This document shows, piece by piece, positions 9,505 to 19,285 of a stretch of 64,000 nucleotides of DNA (positions within the stretch are counted from its first letter, which is position 1; each line of letters begins with the position of its first letter). A model generated the notes under the pieces. It worked only from the letters and a program-made list of their open reading frames with translations. It was not told the origin of the DNA and did no database searches. Source of the DNA: Actinocorallia populi. Lineage in GTDB: Bacteria; Actinomycetota; Actinomycetes; Streptosporangiales; Streptosporangiaceae. The stretch lies in NCBI RefSeq assembly GCF_002995495.1, contig NZ_PVZV01000009.1, forward strand, positions 106,888 through 170,887, written 5' to 3'. The translations under genes were made by a program, and so were the position numbers.

Positions 9505-10995
9505 TCATGGGGTGGGTGGGGGGTTTGTGGGGGTTGAGGCTGGAGTGGTGGCGGGGGCGGTGGGGGTGGCGGCGGTGGGCGGGGTGGAGGTGAGGTGGCG
9601 TTCGACCTGGACGGACTGTTCGCCGAGGCCGCCGAGGGTGAAGTCGTCCCAGGCCTGGAGGGTGAGGGTCTCGCGGTTGAAGTAGAGGAGGCTCAGTTCG
9701 ATGTTGGTGGGGGTCTCGTGTTCGAGGGAGCGCAGGCCGGCGCCGCCGGTGCTGCCCTGGACGAAGAGGCGGGTGCCCTGGGGGAGGAGTTCGGTGGCGC
9801 GGCGGTGGGAGTGGCCGGAGAGGACGAGGGGGGTGGCGCCGTCGAAGGCCTTGGCCTGGTTGCCGTCGTGGATCACGGCGACGTGCGGGGGCTCGGGGGC
9901 GGTGCGCAGGGGGGCGGCGAGTTCGGTGCCCTCGGCGAAGAGGGCCTCGGGGGTGAGGGAGTCGTCGGCGGTGGTCTTGTCGGGGGTGAAGCGGGGGTCG
10001 CCGGCGCCGTAGATGCGCAGGCCCTCGACGGTCTTGGTCTCGTTGTCGAGGACGACGGCGTTCTTGTTGCGGGCGACGGCCTCCTGGGTGCCGGGGGAGT
10101 CGTGGTTGCCGCGGACGAAGACGTAGGGGACGTCGCCGAGGGTCTCGATGTTGTCGGTGAAGCGGTCTTCGGCGCGGGAGCCGTGGTCGGTGAGGTCGCC
10201 GCTGTCGATGATGACCTCGACCTTGAACTGGGTGGTGATGGAGCGGATCACGTCCCAGGCGATGGGGTTGAGGTGGATGTCGGAGACGTGCAGGACGCGC
10301 AGGGTGGACGGGTCGGGTTCGTAGATCGGCAGGGTCGAGGTGGTGGCGTACAGCTCGGAGACGTTGCCGACGAGTTTGGCGAGCATGCCGCGGTACTCGT
10401 CGAAGCGCTGGACGACGGTCTGGACGTCGCCGACGAGCTGGGGGGCGTTGGCGAGCAGGCCGGTGTAGCGGGGTTCGGCGACCGAGGACGGGCGGAACGT
10501 CAGCCACGCGGCGGCGCCGAAGGCCGAGAGGGTGACGGCGGCGGCGGTCAGGGCGGCGAGGGCGGGGCGCCAGGCCCGGTGGACGAGCAGGGCCAGGACG
10601 AAGGCCAGGACGAAGGCGGTGAGGGCGCCGCGGACGGCCATCCACACCAGGCCGTGCCGGAGCTGGTCGGTGATCTTCTGGGAGAGGGCGTCGATGGCGG
10701 ACGGGTCGTTGATGAACGACTCGGTGTCGGCGGGGCGGAGCTGGCTGATCTGCGCCTTCAGGACGACCGGGCCGCTGTGGGAGTCGAGGCGGATCGAGCC
10801 GAGCGGCGGGACGTCCACGACGGTGCCGCCGTCCCAGGCCAGGGTGAAGGACAGGGAGGCGTCGGCGGGGCCCACGGGGGTCTGGATGCGGCCGCCGAGC
10901 AGCAGTCCCGCCAGGGCGCCCGCGACGCCGATGAGGACGAGGGAACTCCAGCGGGCGGTCCGGCGGTTGAAGAGGCGGTGGAGGAGGCGTTTCAT
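9505..10995 (-). CDS. Membrane-anchored metallophosphoesterase (calcineurin-like)
   Basis: MKRLLHRLFN… N-terminus followed by TM helices. Phosphoesterase motifs VLHVSDIHLN, GDLTDHG and VRGNHD are present, and the C-terminus is Pro/Thr-rich. The real frame sits inside the longer spurious ORF 9419..11320. The MKRLL start is chosen over the upstream Met at 11049. Confidence 0.75.
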   Translation of the reverse strand: MKRLLHRLFNRRTARWSSLVLIGVAGALAGLLLGGRIQTPVGPADASLSFTLAWDGGTVVDVPPLGSIRLDSHSGPVVLKAQISQLRPADTESFINDPSAIDALSQKITDQLRHGLVWMAVRGALTAFVLAFVLALLVHRAWRPALAALTAAAVTLSAFGAAAWLTFRPSSVAEPRYTGLLANAPQLVGDVQTVVQRFDEYRGMLAKLVGNVSELYATTSTLPIYEPDPSTLRVLHVSDIHLNPIAWDVIRSITTQFKVEVIIDSGDLTDHGSRAEDRFTDNIETLGDVPYVFVRGNHDSPGTQEAVARNKNAVVLDNETKTVEGLRIYGAGDPRFTPDKTTADDSLTPEALFAEGTELAAPLRTAPEPPHVAVIHDGNQAKAFDGATPLVLSGHSHRRATELLPQGTRLFVQGSTGGAGLRSLEHETPTNIELSLLYFNRETLTLQAWDDFTLGGLGEQSVQVERHLTSTPPTAATPTAPATTPASTPTNPPPTP

Positions 10996-11335
10996 GGTCG
11001 AGGTTTCCGCGGTGGAGTTCGAGGGGCTGGTGTCGGAGGCACTGGACACGATCCCTCCGGATCTGACGAGGTTGATGAAGAACGTCGTGGTCGTGGTGGT
11101 CGATCAGGCCCCCGAGGAGGGGTTGCTGGGCCTCTACACCGGTGTCCCCCTGACGGAGCGCGGCGACTGGTACGCAGGAGTCCTGCCCGACCGGATCGAG
11201 ATCTACCGTGAGGAACATCTCGCTTTCTGTACGGATAGGGACCATCTGCGCGAAGAGATCGCCGTGACGGTCGTGCACGAGATCGCGCACCACTTCGGAA
11301 TCGACGATAGGCGACTTCACGAACTGGGATGGTGA
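10994..11335 (+). CDS. Zincin-like metallopeptidase family protein (HExxH)
   Basis: MVEVSAVEFEGLVSEALDTIP…VVHEIAHHFGIDD…, a small protein with the HEIAHH motif. Its ATG shares nucleotides with the divergent metallophosphoesterase start codon. Confidence 0.65.
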   Translation: MVEVSAVEFEGLVSEALDTIPPDLTRLMKNVVVVVVDQAPEEGLLGLYTGVPLTERGDWYAGVLPDRIEIYREEHLAFCTDRDHLREEIAVTVVHEIAHHFGIDDRRLHELGW

Positions 11336-11423
11336 CTCCCAGTCCAGAGAAAAGTACGTTAGGTCATCGCAAGGCGACGCTACGTGATTTGATGAGGGGG
11401 TCGGGCGACCTAGAGAGCGGGGT

Positions 11424-12695
11424 ATGGGCAGGCACAGACGGCCGCCGGAACGGCAGGCGACATACCGCGAGGTCTTCGCCGTCGTGGAGTTCCGCCGGTT
11501 GTGGTCCGCCCAGACGCTCAGCTCGGTGGGCGACCAGTTCGCCCAGGTCGCGCTGGCCGTCCTGGTCTACGACCGCACGCAGAGCCCGCTGCTGACGGGC
11601 CTGGTCTACGCGCTGACGTACCTGCCGCCGATCATGGGCGGCCCGGTGCTCAGCGGGCTGGCCGACCACTTCCCGCGCCGCCGCGTGATGATCGTCTGCG
11701 ATCTGCTGCGCGCGCTGCTCATGGGCCTGATGGCGCTGGGCGAGATGCCGTTCGCCGGCCTGTGCGTCCTGGTCTTCCTGACGGTCCTGCTGGGCTCGCC
11801 GTTCACCGCGGCCCGCGCCGCCCTGCTCCCGGACATCCTCCAGGGCGACCGCTACGTGCTGGGCGCGGCGGTCAACAACATCACCCACCAGGGGACGCAG
11901 ATGCTCGGCTTCGTCGCGGGCGGCGCGCTGGTGGCGGTCGTGGGGACGCGCGAGGCGCTGGGACTCAACGCGCTCACGTTCCTGTTGTCGGCGCTCGTCC
12001 TCACCGGCATCGCGCGGCGTCCCGCGCCGGAGCGCAGGCACGGGGAGCTCCGGTTGTGGCGGAGCACGCGGGAGGGCGCGGCGCTCGTCTTCGGCGACCC
12101 CGCCCTGCGGAGCCTGGTGGGCTTCGCCTGGTTGTGCTCCTTCTCGACGATCCCCGAGGGGCTGGCCGCGCCGTACGCGGCGACGTACGGCAAGGACGCG
12201 ATGTACGTCGGGGTGTTGATGGCCGCGATGCCGGCGGGGACGGTCGCGGGCAGCTTCGTCTTCTCCCGGTTCGTCCGGCCGTCCAGCCGGGTCCGCTCGA
12301 TGGGCTGGATGTCGCTGCTCTCGTGCGCGCCGCTGATCGGCTGCGCGCTGGAGCCGCCGTTCGCGGCGACGGTGCTGCTGTGGGCGCTGGCGGGCGCCGG
12401 CGCCGCCTACCAGCTGGCGGCCAACACCGCGTTCGTGGCCGCCGTGCCGCCGGACGGCAGGGGGCAGGCGTTCGGGCTGGTGCAGTCGGGCATCCTCGCC
12501 GGGCAGGGCCTGGGCATCCTGGTGGGCGGCGCGCTCGCCCAGGTGATCGGCCCGCAGAAGGTGGTGGCGCTGGCGGGCGCGGTGGGGCTGGCCGCGGCGA
12601 CGGTGCTGACGATGACGTGGACGAACGTCCGCGTCGGCGTGATGAAGGCGATGTTCACGCCCGCGAAGAACGGGCGGGTCGAAGCCTCTCTGTGA
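11424..12695 (+). CDS. MFS transporter (EntS/enterobactin-exporter-like)
   Basis: 423 aa with 12 predicted TM helices and MFS-type loop motifs. The alternative-frame ORF 11501..12802 is Arg/Pro-rich noise. Confidence 0.8.
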   Translation: MGRHRRPPERQATYREVFAVVEFRRLWSAQTLSSVGDQFAQVALAVLVYDRTQSPLLTGLVYALTYLPPIMGGPVLSGLADHFPRRRVMIVCDLLRALLMGLMALGEMPFAGLCVLVFLTVLLGSPFTAARAALLPDILQGDRYVLGAAVNNITHQGTQMLGFVAGGALVAVVGTREALGLNALTFLLSALVLTGIARRPAPERRHGELRLWRSTREGAALVFGDPALRSLVGFAWLCSFSTIPEGLAAPYAATYGKDAMYVGVLMAAMPAGTVAGSFVFSRFVRPSSRVRSMGWMSLLSCAPLIGCALEPPFAATVLLWALAGAGAAYQLAANTAFVAAVPPDGRGQAFGLVQSGILAGQGLGILVGGALAQVIGPQKVVALAGAVGLAAATVLTMTWTNVRVGVMKAMFTPAKNGRVEASL

Positions 12696-12782
12696 GGTCG
12701 CGTTCCGTTTCCCCGGCCTTCACGCCACGGCCCTTTCCGCCCAGCACGATCACGTCCGGAACTTCGAGTTTTGGAGCGTGCC

Positions 12783-14285
12783 ATGACCCTCGACCGACGT
12801 GACCTCCTGCGGGCGGGCCTGCTGGCGGGCGGCGCCCTCGCGCTGCCGGCCGGCGTCGCCGCCCCCGCCTTCGCCCGCGCCCGGCCCGCGATCACCCACG
12901 GGGTGCAGGCCGGCGAGGTGACCGGCGGCGGGGCGCTGGTGTGGACGCGGGCGGACCGCCCGTCCCGGATGCTGGTGGACTACGGCACCCGCCCGGACTT
13001 CAGGGGGCACCGGACGGTCCGCGGCCCCTGGCTGAGTCCCGGCACCGACCTGACCGGCAAGGTCGCCCTGCGCGGGCTGCCCGACGGCCGCCGGATCCAC
13101 TACCGGGTCCGGCTCGACGACGGGCGCGTCACGTCCGCCCCCGAGACCGGCTCGTTCGCCACCGCCCCGCGGCGCGGCCAGGACGTGCGGTTCGTCTGGG
13201 GCGGCGACCTCGCGGGCCAGGGCTGGGGCATCAACGAGGACTTCGGCGGCTACCGCATCTTCAACGCGATGGCCGACGTGAACCCCGACTTCTTCCTGTG
13301 CAGCGGCGACTGGGTGTACGCCGACGGCCCGCTCGCCGAGACCGTCGCGCTCCCGGACGGGACCGTCTGGAAGAACGTGCTGATCGACGAGAAGGCGAAG
13401 GTCGCTGAGACGCTCGCCGAGTACCGCGGGCAGTTCCGCTACAACCTCATGGACGCCAACCTGCGCGCGTTCAACGCCCGCGTGCCGATCGTCTACCAGT
13501 GGGACGACCACGAGGTGACCAACAACTGGTACCCGGGGGAGATCCTCGACGACGCCCGGTACACCGAGAAGAACGTCGACGTCCTGACGGCCCGCGCGCG
13601 CCGCGCCATCGACGAGTACCTGCCGATCGACCTGGACAAGCCGCTCTACCGGAAGGTCTCCTACGGGCCGCTGCTGGACGTCTTCGTCCTCGACATGCGC
13701 TCGTACAAGAACAAGAACACCCCGAACCTCGAGACGGACGGCCGCGGCCTGCTCGGAGCGGAGCAGAAGCGCTGGCTGACACGTGAGCTGCGGCGTTCCA
13801 AGGCCACCTGGAAGGTCATCGCCAACGACCTTCCGGTCGGCCTGATCGTGCCCGACGGCACCGCTCAGGAGGGCGTCGGAAACACGGACAGCGGCCTTCC
13901 GCTGGGCCGCGAACGGGAGATCGCCGAGGTCCTGCGCGACGCGTACCGCAACGACGTGACGGGCATCGTCTTCCTCACGGCGGACGTCCACTACACGGCC
14001 GCGCACTACTACGACCCCGCGAAGGCCTCCTTCAAGGACTTCGCGCCGTTCTGGGAGTTCGTGGCGGGCCCGCTCAACGCCGGTACGTTCGGCCCCAACA
14101 CTCTGGACGGCACGTTCGGGCCCACTCAGGAGTTCTTCAAGGCCGGTCCTCGCGCCAACGCCAGCCCCGCCGAGGGCGCGCAGTTCTTCGGCGAGGTGGA
14201 GATCGACAGCCGGTCGAAGGCGTTCACCGTGCGGTTGCGCGACCTCGACAACAAGGTGCTCTACACCAAGACGCTGACGGCCTGA
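12783..14285 (+). CDS. phoD: Alkaline phosphatase D (PhoD family), Tat-secreted
   Basis: Twin-arginine signal TLDRRDLLRAGLLAGG, then PhoD N-terminal and metallophosphatase domains (…WDDHEVTNNW…, …LTADVHY…). Confidence 0.85.
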   Translation: MTLDRRDLLRAGLLAGGALALPAGVAAPAFARARPAITHGVQAGEVTGGGALVWTRADRPSRMLVDYGTRPDFRGHRTVRGPWLSPGTDLTGKVALRGLPDGRRIHYRVRLDDGRVTSAPETGSFATAPRRGQDVRFVWGGDLAGQGWGINEDFGGYRIFNAMADVNPDFFLCSGDWVYADGPLAETVALPDGTVWKNVLIDEKAKVAETLAEYRGQFRYNLMDANLRAFNARVPIVYQWDDHEVTNNWYPGEILDDARYTEKNVDVLTARARRAIDEYLPIDLDKPLYRKVSYGPLLDVFVLDMRSYKNKNTPNLETDGRGLLGAEQKRWLTRELRRSKATWKVIANDLPVGLIVPDGTAQEGVGNTDSGLPLGREREIAEVLRDAYRNDVTGIVFLTADVHYTAAHYYDPAKASFKDFAPFWEFVAGPLNAGTFGPNTLDGTFGPTQEFFKAGPRANASPAEGAQFFGEVEIDSRSKAFTVRLRDLDNKVLYTKTLTA

Positions 14286-14291
14286 GGCCGC

Positions 14292-14317
14292 GCCCGGCCT
14301 CCCGCGAGGGGCCGGGC
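14292..14317 (+). terminator. GC-rich hairpin after the first phoD gene
   Basis: gcccggcc-tcccgcgag-ggccgggc forms a perfect 8-bp stem 7 nt after the stop codon. There is no U-tract. Confidence 0.4.
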
Positions 14318-14404
14318 AAAGCCTTCCCTTTCTCCCGCTTGTCGCGTTGAGTCCCGCCCTCCGGTCCGCGATCTTGGCCGTGACCGCGAGCCTGGAGCGT
14401 GCCG

Positions 14405-15904
14405 ATGACCCTCGACCGACGTGATCTCCTGCGGGCGGGCCTGCTGGCGGGCGGCCCTCTCGCGCTGCCCGCCGCCCCCGCGTTCGCCCGAAACCGGCCC
14501 GTGATCACCCATGGCGTGCAGAGCGGCGAGGTCGACGGCGGACGCGCCCTGGTGTGGGTGCGCGGGGACCGTCCGTCCCGGATGGTGCTGGAATACGGCA
14601 CCCGTCCCGACTTCAAGGGCGGCCGGACGATCCGGGGACCCTGGCTGACCCCTGAGACGGACCTGACGGGCCGCATACGGCTCAAGGGGATTCCCGCCGG
14701 CAAGCGTGTGTACTACCGCGTCACGCTGGACGACGGGCGCGTGACGTCGGCGCCGGAACCGGGTGCCTTCTCGACGCCTCCGGGCAAGGAGCGGAACGTC
14801 CGCTTCGTGTGGGGCGGTGACATGGCGGGCCAGGGCTGGGGCATCAACGAGGACTTCGGCGGCTACCGCATCTTCAACGCGATGGGCGAGCTGAACCCCG
14901 ACTTCTTCCTGTGCAGCGGCGACTGGGCGTACGCCGACAGCCCGCTGCGGGAGACCGTCACGCTGCCCGACGGCGGCGTGTGGCGGAACGTGATGACGCC
15001 GGAGAAGGCGAAGGTCGCCGAGACGCTCGACGAGTACCGCGGGCAGTTCCGCTACAACCTCATGGACGCCAACCTGCGCGCCTTCAATGCCCGCGTACCG
15101 ATGCTCTACGACTGGGACGACCACGAGGTGCGCAACAACTGGTACCCCGAGATGATCGTCCACGACCGGCGCTACACCGAGAAGAACGTGCGCGTACTGG
15201 CGGAGCGCGCACGGCGCGCCATCCAGGAGTACCTGCCGATCAGCGCCCGCTCGACCATCTACCGCAAGGTCTCCTACGGGCCGCTGCTGGACGTCTTCGT
15301 CCTCGACATGCGTTCGTACCGCAACAAGAACGGCCCGAACCTGGAGACGGACGGTCCTGGGATTCTCGGAGAGGACCAGACGCGCTGGCTCATCCACGGC
15401 CTACGGCAGTCCAAAGCCGTCTGGAAGGTCATCGCGAACAGCATTCCGCTCGGCCTGACGGGTGCCAAAGGCAGGGACCAGGACGGCGTGGGCAACAGAG
15501 ACGAGGGTCTGCCGCTCGGCCGGGAGCGGGAGTTCGCCACGATTCTGCGCGACGCCTGGCTGCACGGGGTGACGGGAATCGTCTTCCTCACGGCGGAGGT
15601 GCATTACGCCGCGGCCCTCTACTACGACCCCGCGCAGGCGGCTTTCAAGGACTTCGCGCCCTTCTGGGAGTTCATCGCGGGCCCCCTCAACGCGGGGACC
15701 TTCCGGCCCACCAGGTTCGACTCGACGTTCGGGCCGACCACGGTGTTCATCAAGGGGGCTCCCCGCCATGGCGCCGGCCCCCTCGACGGCGCCCAGTTCT
15801 TCGGCGAGGTGGAGATCGACCGCCACACGGAAGAGCTCACCGTGCGGCTGCGGGACCTCGACAACCGGGTTCTCCACACCCAGACGTTGTCGTCCCGGCT
15901 CTAA
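14405..15904 (+). CDS. phoD: Alkaline phosphatase D (PhoD family), Tat-secreted; tandem paralog
   Basis: Same architecture (MTLDRRDLLRAGLLAGG…) and high identity to the upstream copy. Confidence 0.85.
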   Translation: MTLDRRDLLRAGLLAGGPLALPAAPAFARNRPVITHGVQSGEVDGGRALVWVRGDRPSRMVLEYGTRPDFKGGRTIRGPWLTPETDLTGRIRLKGIPAGKRVYYRVTLDDGRVTSAPEPGAFSTPPGKERNVRFVWGGDMAGQGWGINEDFGGYRIFNAMGELNPDFFLCSGDWAYADSPLRETVTLPDGGVWRNVMTPEKAKVAETLDEYRGQFRYNLMDANLRAFNARVPMLYDWDDHEVRNNWYPEMIVHDRRYTEKNVRVLAERARRAIQEYLPISARSTIYRKVSYGPLLDVFVLDMRSYRNKNGPNLETDGPGILGEDQTRWLIHGLRQSKAVWKVIANSIPLGLTGAKGRDQDGVGNRDEGLPLGREREFATILRDAWLHGVTGIVFLTAEVHYAAALYYDPAQAAFKDFAPFWEFIAGPLNAGTFRPTRFDSTFGPTTVFIKGAPRHGAGPLDGAQFFGEVEIDRHTEELTVRLRDLDNRVLHTQTLSSRL

Positions 15905-15946
15905 CCGGGGCCTCCAGGGCGGGGGCCCGGAAGGCCGTCGTGCGGG

Positions 15947-16246
15947 TCACGGCTGCTGCTTCTTGGTGAAGGCGTCGGAGGCCTTGTCGATGGCGTCCTT
16001 CACCTCGGGCTTGCTGAACCAGCGCTGGGCGGGGGACTGGTCGGCGTCGTCGGCCGGGAGGAGGGCCCAGGCGACCAGGTACAGCAGGGGCACGGCCAGG
16101 CCGAGGCCGATGATCCCGCCGATGACGGAGACGCCGGCGACGGACAGGCGGACGATGTTGAGGTCGAGGTTGGTCCGGTCGGCGATCGTGGTGCAGATCC
16201 CGCCGAGCATCTTGCCGTTCATCTTGCGGTTCAGTGTGGTTGCCAT
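15947..16246 (-). CDS. PspC-domain protein
   Basis: …KMNGKMLGGICTTIADRTNLDLNIVRL… PspC motif followed by a single TM helix. Confidence 0.7.
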   Translation of the reverse strand: MATTLNRKMNGKMLGGICTTIADRTNLDLNIVRLSVAGVSVIGGIIGLGLAVPLLYLVAWALLPADDADQSPAQRWFSKPEVKDAIDKASDAFTKKQQP

Positions 16247-16357
16247 GTCTTAAGAGTGCCCGTTCGCGGGCCCTGTCCACATCGGGGAGCATCCCTGGTC
16301 CGACCCTGACCCGGACCCCTGAGTAAATTAGCGGCGGTAACCAGAGGGAGGTTCGGA

Positions 16358-17512
16358 ATGCACGTCCTACGGCTCGACGATCAGCTCTCCGACGAGGAGA
16401 GGATGGTCCGCGACAGCGTCCGGGCCTTCCGCACCGGCTCCGTCGACCCCTACGTGGCGGACTGGTTCGAGAGCGGCACCCTGCCCGTCCGGGACCTCGC
16501 CCGGGAGATCGGCAAGCTGGGGCTCTTCGGGATGCACCTGCAGGGGTACGGGTGCGCGGGACTGAACGCCGTCTCGTACGGGATCGCGTGCCGGGAGCTG
16601 GAGGCCGCCGACAGCGGGCTGCGCAGCTTCGTCTCCGTCCAGGGCTCCCTGGCGATGGCGGCGATCCACAAGTACGGCTCGGAGGAGCAGAAGCAGCGCT
16701 GGCTCCCCGGCATGGCGGCGGGCGAGCTGATCGGCTGTTTCGGGCTCACCGAGCCCGACCACGGCTCCGACCCCGGGTCGATGCGGACGTACGCGCGGCG
16801 TGACGGGCAGGACTGGGTGCTCAACGGCGCCAAGATGTGGATCACCAACGGGTCGGTGGCGGACGTCGCGGTCGTCTGGGCGCGCACAGAGGAGGGGATC
16901 AACGGCTTCCTCGTACCGGCTGGGACCCGCGGGTTCTCCCGTACGGACATCACGAAGAAGCTTTCGCTGCGCGCTTCTGTCACGTCGGAGCTGGCTTTCG
17001 ACGAGGTAAGGCTGCCGCCGGACGCGATCCTCCCGGCCGCCAAGGGGCTCAAGGCGCCGCTCGGCTGCCTCTCGGAAGCACGCTTCGGGATCATCTTCGG
17101 CGCGATCGGCGCGGGCCGTACGTGCTACGAGACGGCTGTGGAGTACGCCAAGTCGCGTGAGCAGTTCGGAAGGCCGATCGCGGCCTTCCAGATGACGCAG
17201 GAGAAGCTCGCGCACATGGAGTTGGCCCTCGGGCAGGCCGGGCTGACGGCGCTGCACATCGGGCGGCTGAAGGACGCGGGGAAGGTGACCTCCCAGCAGA
17301 TCTCCTTCGGCAAGCTCGCCAACGTCCGAGCCGCTCTGGACGTGGCCCGCTCGGCACGGACGATCCTCGGCGCGAACGGCGTCACGCTGGAGTATCCGGT
17401 GATCCGCCACGCCAACAACCTGGAGTCCGTCCTCACCTACGAGGGCACGGAGGAGATCCACACGCTCGTCCTCGGTGAGGCGATCACCGGGATCGCCGCC
17501 TACCGGGGCTGA
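16358..17512 (+). CDS. Acyl-CoA dehydrogenase (glutaryl-CoA dehydrogenase-like)
   Basis: 384 aa with N-terminal, middle and C-terminal ACAD domains (…GCFGLTEPDHGSDPGSM…WITNG…). An RBS GGAGG lies upstream of the ATG. Confidence 0.85.
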   Translation: MHVLRLDDQLSDEERMVRDSVRAFRTGSVDPYVADWFESGTLPVRDLAREIGKLGLFGMHLQGYGCAGLNAVSYGIACRELEAADSGLRSFVSVQGSLAMAAIHKYGSEEQKQRWLPGMAAGELIGCFGLTEPDHGSDPGSMRTYARRDGQDWVLNGAKMWITNGSVADVAVVWARTEEGINGFLVPAGTRGFSRTDITKKLSLRASVTSELAFDEVRLPPDAILPAAKGLKAPLGCLSEARFGIIFGAIGAGRTCYETAVEYAKSREQFGRPIAAFQMTQEKLAHMELALGQAGLTALHIGRLKDAGKVTSQQISFGKLANVRAALDVARSARTILGANGVTLEYPVIRHANNLESVLTYEGTEEIHTLVLGEAITGIAAYRG

Positions 17513-18957
17513 CGGCCTTCGACGTCAGCACGGCGTGCCTCCTCGTCGAAGGCGGGCGCGTAGTACGGCATGACACCGGGCGCGTTCGGACCGAAGAGCG
17601 GTGGCGTCACGGCCGGTTCGGGTGAGCCGGGCTCGGGGATCGGGTCGTGCGTGGACGTCACGTACTCGTCGAGGTTCTTGGGGATGCGTGCTATCTCGCG
17701 TTCTTCCCATGCGGCGAGGATCGCGGCGGCCACGCGCAGTTCGGACTCCGCCGTCATCGCTCCGAGTTTCCGCGAGGCCTCCTCACGTGCCTCCACGAGC
17801 GCTCGGGACTGGCTGAGCTGCGATGTCTGCTGCAGTTCCAACGCCTGCTCGTGCGTCTCGGCGCGGAGCTTGCCGGTCGTGACGCTGCGTTTGGCGTGCT
17901 CTTCGGCGAGCTGCTCGTAGGTATTCGGCGGTCCGTACAGCTGCAGTATCTTCACGAAAATCGGCAGGCATTCGATGACGGTGAAGAGCAGGAAGAGCAG
18001 GATGCGCCAGAGGCCGAGCGTGAAATCGCCTGCCGAAGCGCGGTTGAGCGCGTCCAAGCGCACGAGAAGTCCAGTGTTGCCTTCGTTGGCCTGCTCGAAG
18101 GCCATCTGCTCGTCCGACTGGATCTGCCGCAGGTTCTCCAGTTGGGTCTGGACGCCCGGCAGCGTCTCGTTGGCCTCGCGGAGAGTCTGCTCCCGGCTGG
18201 TCTTCGATGTCGCCGTGATGTCGTCCCGACGGTCCTGGATCTGCTGGTTGATCTCACGGATCTGCCGTTCGGCCTCACGCTGCTTGGCCCGGAAGTTCTC
18301 GTACCGCGGCCCCGCGCCGGACTTGCGGCTCCCGTCACGGCACTTGTCGCCCGTCAGCTCGCACGTCGCGGCGTCGGCGTTCTCGTCCCGCGTCTTCTCC
18401 AGCGGGGCGAGCCGCTCGCGGAGCGCGACGATCTGCGGGTCCTCCTCGGGGTTCACGACGGTGCCGCCGCCGGCGATCGTCTGGAGCAGCGCGGCCTCCT
18501 GCTTCTCCAGCGCGTCGATCTTCCGGCCGACCTCGCCGTCGTCGAGATTGCCCTGGAAGCGCTCGGTCTGCTCCTGCCGGATCTTGTTGATCTCCGTCTC
18601 GATCTCCGGCTGGAAGATCCGCAGCACCAGCGGCGTGGAGATGATGAACCCGAACAGCAGCGCCATCAGCAGCCGGGGCAGCGCCACCAGCCACGCCCGG
18701 TTCCCGCGCTGGATCGACACGACCAGCCACCGGTCCAGGTTCAGGATGGCCAGGAACCACACCAGCGAGATCGGCAGCGCCGCGTACCAGGGCGCACGCA
18801 GCGCCATCTCCAGCGCGAAGAACATCGACACCCCGGCGAGCGTCGCCGTGGTCAGCACCGCGCCGCCGATGCCCTGGTACTTGGCCCGGTCCCCGGGCGC
18901 CTGCTCCAGAAGCGCGGGCTGGGCGCCCGACAGCCAGATCAAGGGGTGTCGCTTCAA
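17500..18957 (-). CDS. DUF4407-like membrane protein with long coiled-coil region
   Basis: …LIWLSGAQPALLEQAPGDRAKYQGIGGAVLTTATLAGVSMFFAL… N-terminal membrane segment, then an extended coiled-coil, a second TM segment and a Pro-rich tail. The start is uncertain; the TTG at 18957 is chosen near the conserved N-terminus. Confidence 0.55.
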   Translation of the reverse strand: MKRHPLIWLSGAQPALLEQAPGDRAKYQGIGGAVLTTATLAGVSMFFALEMALRAPWYAALPISLVWFLAILNLDRWLVVSIQRGNRAWLVALPRLLMALLFGFIISTPLVLRIFQPEIETEINKIRQEQTERFQGNLDDGEVGRKIDALEKQEAALLQTIAGGGTVVNPEEDPQIVALRERLAPLEKTRDENADAATCELTGDKCRDGSRKSGAGPRYENFRAKQREAERQIREINQQIQDRRDDITATSKTSREQTLREANETLPGVQTQLENLRQIQSDEQMAFEQANEGNTGLLVRLDALNRASAGDFTLGLWRILLFLLFTVIECLPIFVKILQLYGPPNTYEQLAEEHAKRSVTTGKLRAETHEQALELQQTSQLSQSRALVEAREEASRKLGAMTAESELRVAAAILAAWEEREIARIPKNLDEYVTSTHDPIPEPGSPEPAVTPPLFGPNAPGVMPYYAPAFDEEARRADVEGRQPR

Positions 18958-19285
18958 GGCCGTTCCCGTTTTCGTGGCGGACGCGGAAGGGCGAGCACGG
19001 CTCGGGGCAGGCGGGGAGACGGCAGCCGGACGGCCAGATCGCGCCACAGGCCGCGGGGCGCGGCCACCTCGACGGCGGCCCTGGGCACCGATGCGGCGAC
19101 CCTCGGCACGTGCAGTGTGCCGACCCGCGGCAGTGGATAGTCGTCAGGAAGAGGCATAAAGCCATCCAGCGGTCATTTGCCACAGCAACGAACTTCAGCA
19201 CCATAACAGGGCATGCCTCTCGCCGGGAGGTGCGAAAGGGAACGCTCACCGCGCGGAGACCCGGACCCGTCCGGAGGCCCCCGGG

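Noticed and set aside
9419-11320. 633-aa minus-strand ORF (R/P/H-rich) and the 538-aa plus-strand ORF 9595..11211
   Set aside because: Both are homopolymer-like Arg/Pro/Gly/His translations typical of off-frame and antisense reading of high-GC DNA. The in-frame 9505..10995 product has clear metallophosphoesterase motifs.
12696-12782. PHO-box-like half-sites (cttcacgcc…) upstream of phoD1, and similar weak matches before phoD2 and phoX
   Set aside because: Each has two or more mismatches to GTTCACC and no clear 11-nt phasing. They are too weak to call without a scoring matrix.
11501-12802. 433-aa plus-strand ORF overlapping the MFS transporter in another frame
   Set aside because: Arg/Pro/Ala-rich with no motifs. 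The 11424..12695 frame gives a 12-TM MFS protein.
12750-15397. Long minus-strand ORFs (12750..14006, 14261..15397) antisense to the two phoD genes
   Set aside because: Antisense artefacts rich in V/G/R/D. The plus-strand frames carry Tat signals and PhoD motifs.
16367-17461. 364-aa minus-strand ORF antisense to the acyl-CoA dehydrogenase
   Set aside because: Antisense artefact. The plus frame has complete ACAD domains.
17647-19159. 497-aa and 394-aa plus-strand ORFs and the 304-aa minus ORF 18335..19249 overlapping the DUF4407 gene
   Set aside because: Low-complexity Arg/Leu/Ser-rich translations with no recognisable features. The DUF4407-like frame has coherent TM and coiled-coil organisation.
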